DNA of 64,000 nt from Balanoglossus misakiensis (lineage: Eukaryota > Animalia > Hemichordata), in the NCBI GenBank assembly GCA_040954595.2, contig CM082585.2, positions 4,053,258 through 4,117,257 of the forward strand, in the 5' to 3' direction. Position numbers and translations under genes: made by a program. Below the pieces are notes generated by a model. It made no database searches. It worked only from the letters and a program-made list of their open reading frames with translations, and was not told where the DNA came from. Below, piece by piece: positions 24,739 through 37,000 of this stretch. Position 1 is the stretch's first letter. Each line of letters starts with the position of its first letter.

Positions 24739-27184
24739 AAAAATGCAGATATAAATCAGAACAGTCACTTTACATTCTGGTACATGTAGTCAAGTAATTG
24801 TACAAATATAATTCAAAACCGAAATAAATAAGTTGACAATATACTCTCCCTGAGATCAATTTCTCTTGCTATTCCTCATCAAAGGGGATCGGTGATTCGG
24901 AGTGATACCGCTAATTTGCTTATTTGCATATTTTTCAAAATTCAGCTTTCATCGCTAAATGTAAAGTCACTGAAACTAAATAATGAAGTGTAAACTTCAT
25001 GAAGATATACCTTGTATATTCTTGCTAATAGCCTAATAGCCTAATAGCCTAATGTTTGATGACCTGCCACTCCCCGCCGGCGAACCTCCAAGTGACACAA
25101 GTGCATGTGGTGCCATTGGCCGTCGTCGACTGAGAGTGATTCACCAATCCTATTGCCCGAATGCACCATCAGCTCAGTGTCGTGCCGGAGGTATTGAAAT
25201 GCAAATAAATGTACACACACATGCACTTGACTCTTTGTGGTTTCATCAACATTTTAGGTCGAGAATAAAATAAGCCTAGGTTTTGTGTATGTTTGGAAAC
25301 TTGGCCAATTTCAACGAAACATGATAGCACACTACAAGACGTACAGGTATAGAATAGCTTGATTATTAATACACACCTCTTGCATATACATTCGAGGTGT
25401 TGTCATTTGTATGTGTGTGAACCATCTCTTTCCCACGTGTACATATTTTTGACATCAATCATTTTCCACTGCTCCCCTGTGACCTTAAACCCGCCACTTT
25501 GAACAAAATCCTAAAAGTGTGACATGAGTGAAAGTGATTTGTGTGTTGCACAGAAAGCATGTTTATTTTTAGCTTTTATGAGTGTGTTGTGTACATGTAT
25601 TGTAAATGTTGGTTTCAATTCTAGCAATCCTTTTTTATTCCGTATTTTAACATTGATTACGTGAACATGAAAAGCATCTACATGTAACATCTACATCTTG
25701 AGGCTTTCAGTCAGTGGATGATAAACTGACGAACAGGCTTAAACCTATTTCAAATTCCGTTAAATGTGTTGAATTTAACAAGTTCCCCATTCAAAGCATA
25801 ATTTCACATATTCAACCGAATATATTTACATTCATTGTAGGAAATATGCCAACTTCTCCCAACTTGTATTACTGTGTCGATAAAGTACAGAAATAATACA
25901 TTATCAACAATGTCATCACGTTGGCTTTGAGGAAGTTCTTGCAATAAGATTCAGAAAACCGAATATATCTACATTCATTGTAGGAAATATGCCAACTTCT
26001 CCCAACTTGAATTACTGTGTCGATAAAGTACAGAAATGATACATTATCAACAATGTCATCACGTTGGCCTTGAGGAAGTTCTTGCAATAAGATTCAGAAT
26101 ACATAAACACGTTTTTGCGGTTTAATTTATCATGGAACTATCATGCTTACAAGCCTACACTCACCTCCACTCTATCGAATAAAACCTGGGCCTATACGTC
26201 GTTAGAATGTATGCAAAGCATTTACCTTCAACGCGTACTCATTTTGGCTGTGCATCAATCATTTCCCCCCAAACACGGGTCAACTATAGATTTCTAGTCG
26301 CGTACAAAGGCTTATTTAGGACAACGCCGCATGAAGCTTTTCTAGTCTATAAATCTATAAAAGAAATGTTTCAGCTAATTCGCCCCACCTGAAGTTATTT
26401 TGATATTCCGTGAGTTTATTATAGTTTTCAACTGAAGTAGGGCGAGGTCCTTCCTTGGCAGGTTTTGGGCTTACAGACACCCAGGGAGGACTTGACTTCA
26501 ATTTACATGTGTATGGACAGTATTCATATTTTTCCTCGCAGTGTACGCTTTTCAACGTACTCGTTTTGAAGTATACGTGTTCTTAGAACACGTGATCAAT
26601 AGTGTTGGGCGAACATCAAAATAGGACCACTATACCCACGAATCACAAGTAAAACATGTCATTCCATGATACTGCTGTATCTAAGTCTTCCAATGGCCGT
26701 CTGGTGGTGAGCAGTTTGCAGGAGGTGGCGAGATATTAAATTTCCAATAAAATGTGGCTTAGTGTGCATCATATACACCTACATTTAACAGCAAGACACA
26801 ATTCACGCACACGTTTAACATAGTACGACATGAAATGTATTATTAGTTCAATGATGAGTGTTCTCATTCTAGTACGCAAAATCTTGTTTTGTTTGGCAAA
26901 CAAATACAAACTTCCAGGATGTAATGTTGGAAATAGCTTTCGGTGTTCGTTTTATTGACCAACGAGAGCCAGTAGTGTCGACCTGGCTAGCTTTCCCTCA
27001 GGTCAACTAAAAGTGCTTCAAGGAAGACAATTAAACGCACTCTTGGTGAAGTATTAAGATATCTCCAGCTATTTACAACAGTGCTTCTAACTTCGAAACG
27101 TGTGATGAAAGCAGACAACTCCAGCTAACATTCAAGTGCCGTTACGGTGAAGATGTCTAAGGGTTGTGTCGTCTCCTACATTTA

Positions 27185-28650
27185 TGGTCTGCATGATGCT
27201 AGAGTTTCTCACAGCCCACGGTTCGCCACATATGCAATGCTCGTCACTGACGCGCTCTCAACCGTTTAGCACGTCTTCTTCAGCCATGGTCTGCACGATA
27301 CTGGACTCTCTCACAGACCACGGTTCCGCAACATGTACAAGGCTCTTCACTGACGCGCCCTCAACCATTTAGCACGTCTTCTACAGCCATGGTCTGCACG
27401 ATACTGGACTCTCTCACAGACCACGGTTCCGCAACATGTACAAGGCTTTTCACTGACGCGCCCTCAACCGTTTAGCACGTCTTCTTCAGCCATGGTCTGC
27501 ATGATACTGGACTCTCTCACAGACCACGGTTCCGCAACATGTACAAGGCTTTTCACTGACGCGCCCTCAACCGTTTAGCACGTCTTCTTCAGCCATGGTC
27601 TGCACGATACTGGACTCTCTCACAGACCACGGTTCCGCAACATGTACAAGGCTTTTCACTGACGCGCCCTCAACCGTTTAGCACGTCTTCTTCAGCCATG
27701 GTCTGCACGATACTGGACTCTCTCACAGACCACGGTTCCGCAACATGTACAAGGCTTTTCACTGACGCGCCCTCAACCGTTTAGCACGTCTTCTTCAGCC
27801 ATGGTCTGCACGATACTGGACTCTCTCACAGACCACGGTTCCGCAACATGTACAAGGCTTTTCACTGACGCGCCCTCAACCGTTTAGCACGTCTTCTACA
27901 GCCATGGTCTGCACGATACTGGACTCTCTCACAGACCACGGTTCCGCAACATGTACAAGGCTTTTCACTGACGCGCCCTCAACCGTTTAGCACGTCTTCT
28001 TCAGCCATGGTCTGCACGATACTGGACTCTCTCACAGACCACGGTTCCGCAACATGTACAAGGTTCTTCACTGACGCGCCCTCAATCATTTAGCACGTCT
28101 TCTTCAGCCATGGTCTGCACGATACTGGACTCTCTCACAGACCACGGTTCCGCAACATGTACAAGGCTTTTCACTGACGCGCCCTCAACCGTTTAGCACG
28201 TCTTCTTCAGCCATGGTCTGCACGATACTGGACTCTCTCACAGACCACGGTTCCGCAACATGTACAAGGTTCTTCACTGACGCGCCCTCAATCATTTAGC
28301 ACGTCTTCTTCAGCCATGGTCTGCACGATACTGGACTCTCTCACAGACCACGGTTCCGCAACATGTACAAGGCTCTTCACTGACGCGCCCTCAACCGTTT
28401 AGCACGTCTTCTACAGCCATGGTCTACACGATACTGGACTCTCTCACAGACCACGGTTCCGCAACATGTACAAGGTTCTTCACTGACGCGCCCTCAACCG
28501 TTTAGCACGTCTTCTACAGCCATGGTCTGCACGATACTGGACTCTCTCACAGACCACGGTTCCGCAACATGTACAAGGCTTTTCACTGACGCGCCCTCAA
28601 CCGTTTAGCTCGTCTCCTAAATCCATGGTCTGCATGTAGACTCTCTCACA
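27185..28650. repeat. 103-bp tandem array, about 14 units
   Basis: CTGGACTCTCTCACAGACC recurs at 27301, 27404, 27507 and onward. Confidence 0.95.
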
Positions 28651-29917
28651 GCCCCTCTTGTCGTCAATGCAGGCTTATGGACTGTTTGCATGTGTGCCCG
28701 GCTCTTCACTGACGCGCCCTCAACCGTTTAGCAAAGGAGGAGCACCATACGGTGTTGTGTAGACCAGAAGCCCTGCATGGGCAGCGAGAGGGGATGTCAG
28801 AGAGACTACAAATACAGTACATTCTAAACGTGGGGTCAGAAAACTTCAACCAACATTGCCGTCAAACTATCAAGGTGAAACCTTTACACAGTTCACATCA
28901 CAGGAAGCTCTTCCTCATTGTGTATGTTTGTGTGTTGATTATTGATTGACACAACAAACAAAATTGTTTATTTATTTACTAATATGGTCATGTTTGTTTG
29001 TTGACAGGTTAGGGTTAGGATACATTCAACGCTTCGGGTCCATTCACTCCACAGCATCACTCCCTATATAATACACACAAGGGTTGAAACAAGGTGGTGT
29101 GGGCCACGACGTCACTTCCGGTTTAACCTGCTCTTCATGAGCAAAACATGGCCGACCTAGCAGTGTCACCTTTCTTGAATCTAGCCTATTTCTGGGGTCT
29201 CGAGGGTCTCAGCCCCGTATTTTCAAGTCCAGAAAAACACACTAAAGAATATTACGTTGGTGGTGGCAACATATCCTATACTTACTACATCACATCTATC
29301 CTGCAATTCCATGAAAAGAGTATAAATCGACGATATTTCACATCGTTCTGCGTTGATATCCGTTCGTTTATTTAGGCTAAACACGGTGTCTCAGTGAAGC
29401 GGGTAGTTAAATTCAAATTGGATCAATAAAGCAGCCCTGCCTTGGCCAGCGCTATCGTAAACCCGGAAGTTTAATTGGTCCCAGACCAAGAGTAATCAAG
29501 ATTATATAATTGATACATATCAGAACTCAAAAAATAAAAATAAAATATCTTTGTATTGAATTTCTAGCCCCTCCACATTCCATCTGTCTCAACAGGTGAT
29601 TACTTTAAATCAGTTTTCTTTTTTTAGATGCAGGTATGAATTTTTAATGCACTATTTTAAAATTAGATTCTGCGTTAATATTTATTTATTTATTGAGTAT
29701 TTACTTGAATCACTTCTAATGTTTATTGCGTGGTAATTTATCCCCAATCGACGGAAATGATGCAATAGGTACCGATTTTCACATGAAATACAACTTTTAA
29801 ACCAGATTTGTATAGCAGCATATCATTTCAGATGTGACAGCAGCAAATGAGATAAAATGAATGATGGTATGTCATAATACAGTTGTTTATGTGTGCGACC
29901 CCCTAGGAAAATGATTG

Positions 29918-29993
29918 GTATGTATGTATGTATGTATGTATGTATGTATGTATGTATATATGTATGTATGCATGTATGTATGTATGTATGTAT
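29918..29993 (+). repeat. (GTAT)n microsatellite
   Basis: Visible tetranucleotide run. Confidence 0.95.
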
Positions 29994-30557
29994 TTGGGTT
30001 TTAAACTAACTTAGTGGTAGGGCGGTCATTAAATGGCCGTTACAATGATGTAGTAAACACTTGTCAAATTACTATATGAACATATGGATGGATGGATACT
30101 TCACACATTTTTGTGTTGTATGGCAACTGTCCCACTGTCTTAAATACTCATTTCATCCGCTAATTAGATTTAAGGCCTTTCCGTAGAAAGATCGAAATAA
30201 TAAAAACACTCAATATTCAATTTCTTAGTCGCACTTACATGTGATTTATGAATGAGTAATAAAGAAACTTAATTGATAACGTGCAAATTCCTATTTAATG
30301 GTGTAGGAAGGTGGTGACATTGAGTTCAAGTCGTATACAGTGAGGTCAAACATGTAAATCATATTTTGACAACGTTGTTGTACACAGAAAGTACAAGCTT
30401 CAGTGTTACATCAGTCAAGGATTATTCCAGAAACTGGGCAGCCGTTTTAGAATGTGTTAAAGGGTTTAGTAGAGAATCGTCAAGGTAAAGGAAACTAATC
30501 AAACAATGTCTTTAATGAACTTAAATGACATTCCAAGTAAAAATGAGTATTTGGAAA

Positions 30558-31072
30558 CCGAATGTCCGAATTCACACAGCGCTCACAAAATTCCATTCAG
30601 CTCCGCTGGCAATGTCCGAATTTACGAAGCACTCACCACAATTCAGTTCAGCTCTGCTGGCAATGTCCGTTCTGTTCTGCTGGCAATGTCCGAATTCACG
30701 AAGCGCTCACCACAATTCAGTTCAGCTCCACTGGCAATGTCCGTTCAGTTCTGCTGGCAATGTCCGAATTCGCGAAGCACTCACCAAAATTCAGTTCAGC
30801 TCTGCTGGCAATGTCCGTTCAGTTCTGCTGGAAATGTCCGAATTCCTGAAGCACTCACCACAATTCAGTTCAGCTCCGCTGGCAATGTCCGTTCAGTTCT
30901 GCTGGCAATATCCGAAGTCAAGAAGCGCTCCCAAAAATTCCGTTCAGTTCTGCTGGCAATTCAAATTCGCGAAGCACTCACCAAAATTCAGTTCAACTCT
31001 GCTGGCAATGTCCGTTCAGTTCTGCTGGCAATGTCCAAATTCGCTCGCCCAAATTCAGTTCAGCTCCGCTGG
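30558..31072. repeat. Compound minisatellite, about 74-bp unit built from about 23- and 51-bp subunits
   Basis: GAATTC recurs at 30692, 30766 and 30840; the core CTGCTGGCAATGTCCG occurs twice per unit. Confidence 0.9.
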
Positions 31073-34000
31073 CTGCCCCATGAAGACTTCCCCCTCGACC
31101 CCTTCACACCAGACTTAAATACTGTGGTGCGGATGAATATGTCAGTAATATTGGCGCAAAGAGTTTACCCAGGTGTACCAGGTGTGTCATTAATTAGCGC
31201 CCTCCACATCCGGATGGGCCAAAATAACATTATGTTACGCACTGTTTACCTGGGACTCGTTTATTACGAAGTCTTTATCGTCATGCGCAGATTAATACGG
31301 TATTGAAACCAGTCCGCCTGCCACTTCCCACGTGATGCCTTAATCTGGAACAAAGCATGCGCATGGGTGACGCAATGTGCACGGCTAGAAAAATATCACT
31401 CTAGTTCAAGGCATGCGTAAACAGTATCTGGTCAGTACTTGTAACTGGTTGAGAAAATATCTGCTAAAGGACGTAAATACACATACCATTACGAACACCA
31501 TGTCGAAATCCATAAGACTCTGATAGAAAGAGATGGAAATCATTAAACTAAACAAATGCAGAAACAGAGAAAATATTAGTAGTAAGTGAAGCCTGGCTGT
31601 CGCCTGTCTTAGGTCACCACTTCATAAGCGGTCTTACCCGTCATTGGCACAAACAGTCTCAGGAAGTAAGCTTTCAGCCTACCAATGTAGCTATTATATT
31701 TTCCACTTTTTGTAAGTGAAGCCTGACTGTCGCCTGTCTTAGGTCACCACTTCATAAGCGGTCTTACCCGTCATTGGCACAAACAGTCTCAGGAAGTAAG
31801 CTTTCAGCCTACCAATGTAGCTATTATATTTTCCACTTTTTGTAAGTGAAGCCCGACTGTCGCCTGTCTTAGGTCACCACTTCATAAGCGGTCTTCCCCG
31901 TCATTGGCACAAACAGTCTCAGGAAGTAAGCTTTCAGCCTACCAATGTAGCTATTATATTTTCCACTTTTTGTAAGTGAAACCCGACTGTCGCCTGTCTT
32001 ACGTCACCTCTTCATAAGCGGTCTTACCCGTCATTGGCACAAACAGTCTCAGGAAGTAAGCTTTCAGCCTACCAATGTAGCTATTATATTTTCCACTTTT
32101 TGTAAGTGAAGCCTGACTGTCGCCTGTCTTAGGTCATCACCTTATAGGCGGTCTTACCCGTCATTGGCACAAACAGTCTCAGGAAGTTAGCTTTCAGCCT
32201 ACCAATGTAGCTATTATATTTTCCACTTTGTGTAAGTGAAGCCTGACTGTCGCCTGTCTTAGGTCACCACTTCATAAGCGGTCTTACCCGTCATTGGCAC
32301 AAACTGTCTCAGGAAGTAAGCTTTCAGCCTACCAATGTAGCTATTATATTTTCCACTTTTTGTAAGTGAAGCCTGACTGTCACCTGTCTTAGGTCACCAC
32401 TTCATAAGCGGTCTTACCCGTCATTGGCACAAACTGTCTCAGGAAGTAAGCTTTCAGCCTACCAATGTAGCTATTACATTTTCCACTTTTTGTAAGTGAA
32501 GCCTGACTGTCGCCTGTCTTAGGTCACCACTTCATAAGCGGTCTTACCCGTCATTGGCACAAACTGTCTCAGGAAGTAAGCTTTCAGCCTACCAATGTAG
32601 CTATTACATTTTCCACTTTTTGTAAGTGAAGCCTGACTGTCGCCTGTCTTAGGTCACCACTTCATAAGCGGTCTTACCCGTCATTGGCACAAACAGTCTC
32701 AGGAAGTAAGCTTTCAGCCTACCAATGTAGCTATTATATTTTCCACTTTTTGTAAGTGAAGCCTGACTGTCGCCTGTCTTAGGTCACCACTTCATAAGCG
32801 GTCTTACCTGTCATTGGCACAAACAGTCTCAGGAAGTAAGCTTTCAGCCTACCAATGGAGCTATTATATTTTCCACTTTTTGTAAGAGAAGCCCGACTGT
32901 CGCCCGTCTTAGGTCACCACTTCATAAGCGGTCTTACCCGTCATTGGCACAAACAGTCTCAGGAAGTAAGCTTTCAGCCTACCAATGTAGCTATTATATT
33001 TTACACTTTTTGTAAGTGAAGCCTGACTGTCGCCTGTCTTAGGTCACTACTTCATAAGCGGTCTTACCCGTCATTGGCACAAACAGTCTCAGGAAGTAAG
33101 CTTTCAGCCTACCAATGTAGCTATTACATTTTCCACTTTTTGTAAGTGAAGCCTGACTGTCGCCTGTCTTAGGTCACCACTTCATAAGCGGTCTTACCCG
33201 TCATTGGCACAAACAGTCTCAGGAAGTAAGCTTTCAGCCTACCAATGTAGCTATTATATTTTCCACTTTTTGTAAGTGAAGCCTGACTGTCGCCTGTCTT
33301 AGGTCACCACTTCATAAGCGGTCTTAGCCGTCATTGGCACAAACAGTCTCAGGAAGTAAGCTTTCAGCCTACCAATGTAGCTATTATATTTTCCACTTTT
33401 TGTAAGTGAAGCCTGACTGTCGCCTGTCTTAGGTCACCACTTCATAAGCGGTCTTACCCGTCATTGGCACAAACAGTCTCAGGAAGTAAGCTTTCAGCAT
33501 ACCAATGTAGCTATTATATTTTCCACTTTTTGTAAGTGAAGCCTGACTGTCGCCTGTCTTAGGTCACCACTTCATAAGAGGTCTTACCCGTCATTGGCAC
33601 AAACAGTCTCAGGAAGTAAGCTTTCAGCCTACCAATGTAGCTATTACATTTTCCACTTTTTGTAAGTGAAGCCCGACTGTCGCCTGTCTTAGGTCACCAC
33701 TTCATAAGCGGTCTTACCCGTCATTGGCACAAACAGTCTCAGGAAGTAAGCTTTCAGCCTACCAATGTAGCTATTATATTTTCCACTTTTGTAAGTGAAG
33801 CCTGACTGTCGCCTGTCTTAGGTCACCACTTCATAAGAAGTCTTACCCGTCATTGGCACAAACAGTCTCAGGAAGTAAGCTTTCAGCCTACCAATGTAGC
33901 TATTACATTTTCCACTTATTGTAAGTGAAGCCTGACTGTCGCCTGTCTTAGGTCACCACTTCATAAGCGGTCTTACCCGTCATTGGCACAAACAGTCTCA

Positions 34001-37000
34001 GGAAGTAAGCTTTCAGCCTACCAATGTAGCTATTATATTTTCCACTTTTTGTAAGTGAAGCCTGACTGTCGCCTGTCTTAGGTCACCACTTCATAAGCGG
34101 TCTTACCCGTCATTGGCACAAACAGTCTCAGGAAGTAAGCTTTCAGCCTACCAATGTAGCTATTATATTTTCCACTTTTTGTAAGTGAAGCCTGATTGTC
34201 GCCTGTCTTAGGTCACCACTTCATAAGAGGTCTTACCCGTCATTGGTACAAACAGTCTCAGGAAGTAAGCTTTCAGCCTACCAATGTAGCTATTACATTT
34301 TCCACTTTTTGTAAGTGAAGCCTGACTGTCGCCTGTCTTAGGTCACCACTTCATAAGCGGTCTTACCCGTCATTGGCACAAACAGTCTCAGGAAGTAAGC
34401 TTTCAGCCTACCAATGTAGCTAATTATATTTTCCACTTTTGTAAGTGAAGCCTGACTGTCGCCTGTCTCAGGTCACCACTTCATAAGAAGTCTTACCCGT
34501 CATTGGCACAAACAGTCTCAGGAAGTAAGCTTTCAGCCTACCAATGTAGCTATTATATTTTCCACTTTTTGTAAGTGAAGCCTGACTGTCGCCTGTCTTA
34601 GGTCACCACTTCATAAGCGGTCTTACCCGTCATTGGCACAAACAGTCTCAGGAAGTAAGCTTTCAGCCTACCAATGTAGCTATTATATTTTACACTTTTT
34701 GTAAGTGAAGCCTGACTGTCGCCTGTCTTAGGTCACTACTTCATAAGCGGTCTTACCCGTCATTGGCACAAACAGTCTCAGGAAGTAAGCTTTCAGCCTA
34801 CCAATGTAGCTATTACATTTTCCACTTTTTGTAAGTGAAGCCTGACTGTCGCCTGTCTTAGGTCACCACTTCATAAGCGGTCTTACCCGTCATTGGCACA
34901 AACAGTCTCAGGAAGTAAGCTTTCAGCCTACCAATGTAGCTATTATATTTTACACTTTTTGTAAGTGAAGCCTGACTGTCGCCTGTCTTAGGTCACTACT
35001 TCATAAGCGGTCTTACCCGTCATTGGCACAAACAGTCTCAGGAAGTAAGCTTTCAGCCTACCAATGTAGCTATTATATTTTCCACTTTTTGTAAGTGAAG
35101 CCTGACTGTCGCCTGTCTTAGGTCACCACTTCATAAGCGGTCTTACCCGTCATTGGCACAAACAGTCTCAGGAAGTAAGCTTTCAGCCTACCAATGTAGC
35201 TATTATATTTTACACTTTTTGTAAGTGAAGCCTGACTGTCGCCTGTCTTAGGTCACTACTTCATAAGCGGTCTTACCCGTCATTGGCACAAACAGTCTCA
35301 GGAAGTAAGCTTTCAGCCTACCAATGTAGCTATTACATTTTCCACTTTTTGTAAGTGAAGCCTGACTGTCGCCTGTCTTAGGTCACCACTTCATAAGCGG
35401 TCTTACCCGTCATTGGCACAAACAGTCTCAGGAAGTAAGCTTTCAGCCTACCAATGTAGCTATTACATTTTCCACTTTTTGTAAGTGAAGCCTGACTGTC
35501 GCCTGTCTTAGGTCACCACTTCATAAGCGGTCTTACCCGTCATTGGCGAAAACAGTCTCAGGAAGTAAGCTTTCAGCCTACCAATGTAGCTATTACATTT
35601 TTCACTTTTTGTAAGTGAAGCCTGACTGTCGCCTGTCTTAGGTCACCACTTCATAAGCGGTCTTACCCGTCATTGGCACAAACAGTCTCAGGAAGTAAGC
35701 TTTCAGCCTACCAATGTAGCTATTATATTTTCCACTTTTTGTAAGTGAAGCCTGACTGTCGCCTGTCTTAGGTCACCACTTCATAAGCGGTCTTACCCGT
35801 CATTGGCACAAACAGTCTCAGGAAGTAAGCTTTCAGCCTACCAATGTAGCTATTATATTTTCCACTTTTTGTAAGTGAAGCCTGACTGTCGCCTGTCTTA
35901 GGTCACCACTTCATAAGCGGTCTTACCCGTCATTGGCACAAACAGTCTCAGGAAGTAAGCTTTCAGCCTACCAATGTAGCTATTATATTTTACACTTTTT
36001 GTAAGTGAAGCCTGACTGTCGCCTGTCTTAGGTCACTACTTCATAAGCGGTCTTACCCGTCATTGGCACAAACAGTCTCAGGAAGTAAGCTTTCAGCCTA
36101 CCAATGTAGCTATTATATTTTCCACTTTTTGTAAGTGAAGCCTGACTGTCGCCTGTCTTAGGTCACCACTTCATAAGCGGTCTTACCCGTCATTGGCACA
36201 AACAGTCTCAGGAAGTAAGCTTTCAGCCTACCAATGTAGCTATTATATTTTACACTTTTTGTAAGTGAAGCCTGACTGTCGCCTGTCTTAGGTCACTACT
36301 TCATAAGCGGTCTTACCCGTCATTGGCACAAACAGTCTCAGGAAGTAAGCTTTCAGCCTACCAATGTAGCTATTACATTTTCCACTTTTTGTAAGTGAAG
36401 CCTGACTGTCGCCTGTCTTAGGTCACCACTTCATAAGCGGTCTTACCCGTCATTGGCACAAACAGTCTCAGGAAGTAAGCTTTCAGCCTACCAATGTAGC
36501 TATTACATTTTCCACTTTTTGTAAGTGAAGCCTGACTGTCGCCTGTCTTAGGTCACCACTTCATAAGCGGTCTTACCCGTCATTGGCGAAAACAGTCTCA
36601 GGAAGTAAGCTTTCAGCCTACCAATGTAGCTATTACATTTTTCACTTTTTGTAAGTGAAGCCTGACTGTCGCCTGTCTTAGGTCACCACTTCATAAGCGG
36701 TCTTACCCGTCATTGGCACAAACAGTCTCAGGAAGTAAGCTTTCAGCCTACCAATGTAGCTATTATATTTTCCACTTTTTGTAAGTGAAGCCTGACTGTC
36801 GCCTGTCTTAGGTCACCACTTCATAAGCGGTCTTACCCGTCATTGGCACAAACAGTCTCAGGAAGTAAGCTTTCAGCCTACCAATGTAGCTATTATATTT
36901 TACACTTTTTGTAAGTGAAGCCTGACTGTCGCCTGTCTTAGGTCACTACTTCATAAGCGGTCTTACCCGTCATTGGCACAAACAGTCTCAGGAAGTAAGC

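Larger units (their letters stand above)
22964..28807 (-). pseudogene. Inverted segmental duplicate (copy C) of the PAN locus: upstream region plus exon 1 only
   Basis: Reverse complement of about 12940-17000. Exon 1 MMWLSFAVLVAVIDVA lies at 23263-23215 with a gtaagt donor, and intron 1 ends at the junction with copy B. Confidence 0.85.

Noticed and set aside
25814-26098. About 143-bp tandem duplication private to copy C
   Set aside because: Real but an ordinary local duplication in non-coding sequence.
30506-31306. 266-aa and overlapping ORFs
   Set aside because: All three frames are open because of the stop-poor minisatellite; no domain is recognisable.
31582-31612. GTAAGT...CTTAG as a repeated mini-intron making the satellite a coding exon array
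   Set aside because: About 31 nt is implausibly short, there is no good polypyrimidine tract, and no plausible protein results.
31582-31711. Monomer as 5S rRNA, tRNA, spliced-leader RNA or hammerhead ribozyme unit
   Set aside because: No recognisable 5S sequence, A/B boxes, convincing Sm site or CUGANGA/GAAA core on either strand by eye. An Rfam search would be needed to exclude this formally.
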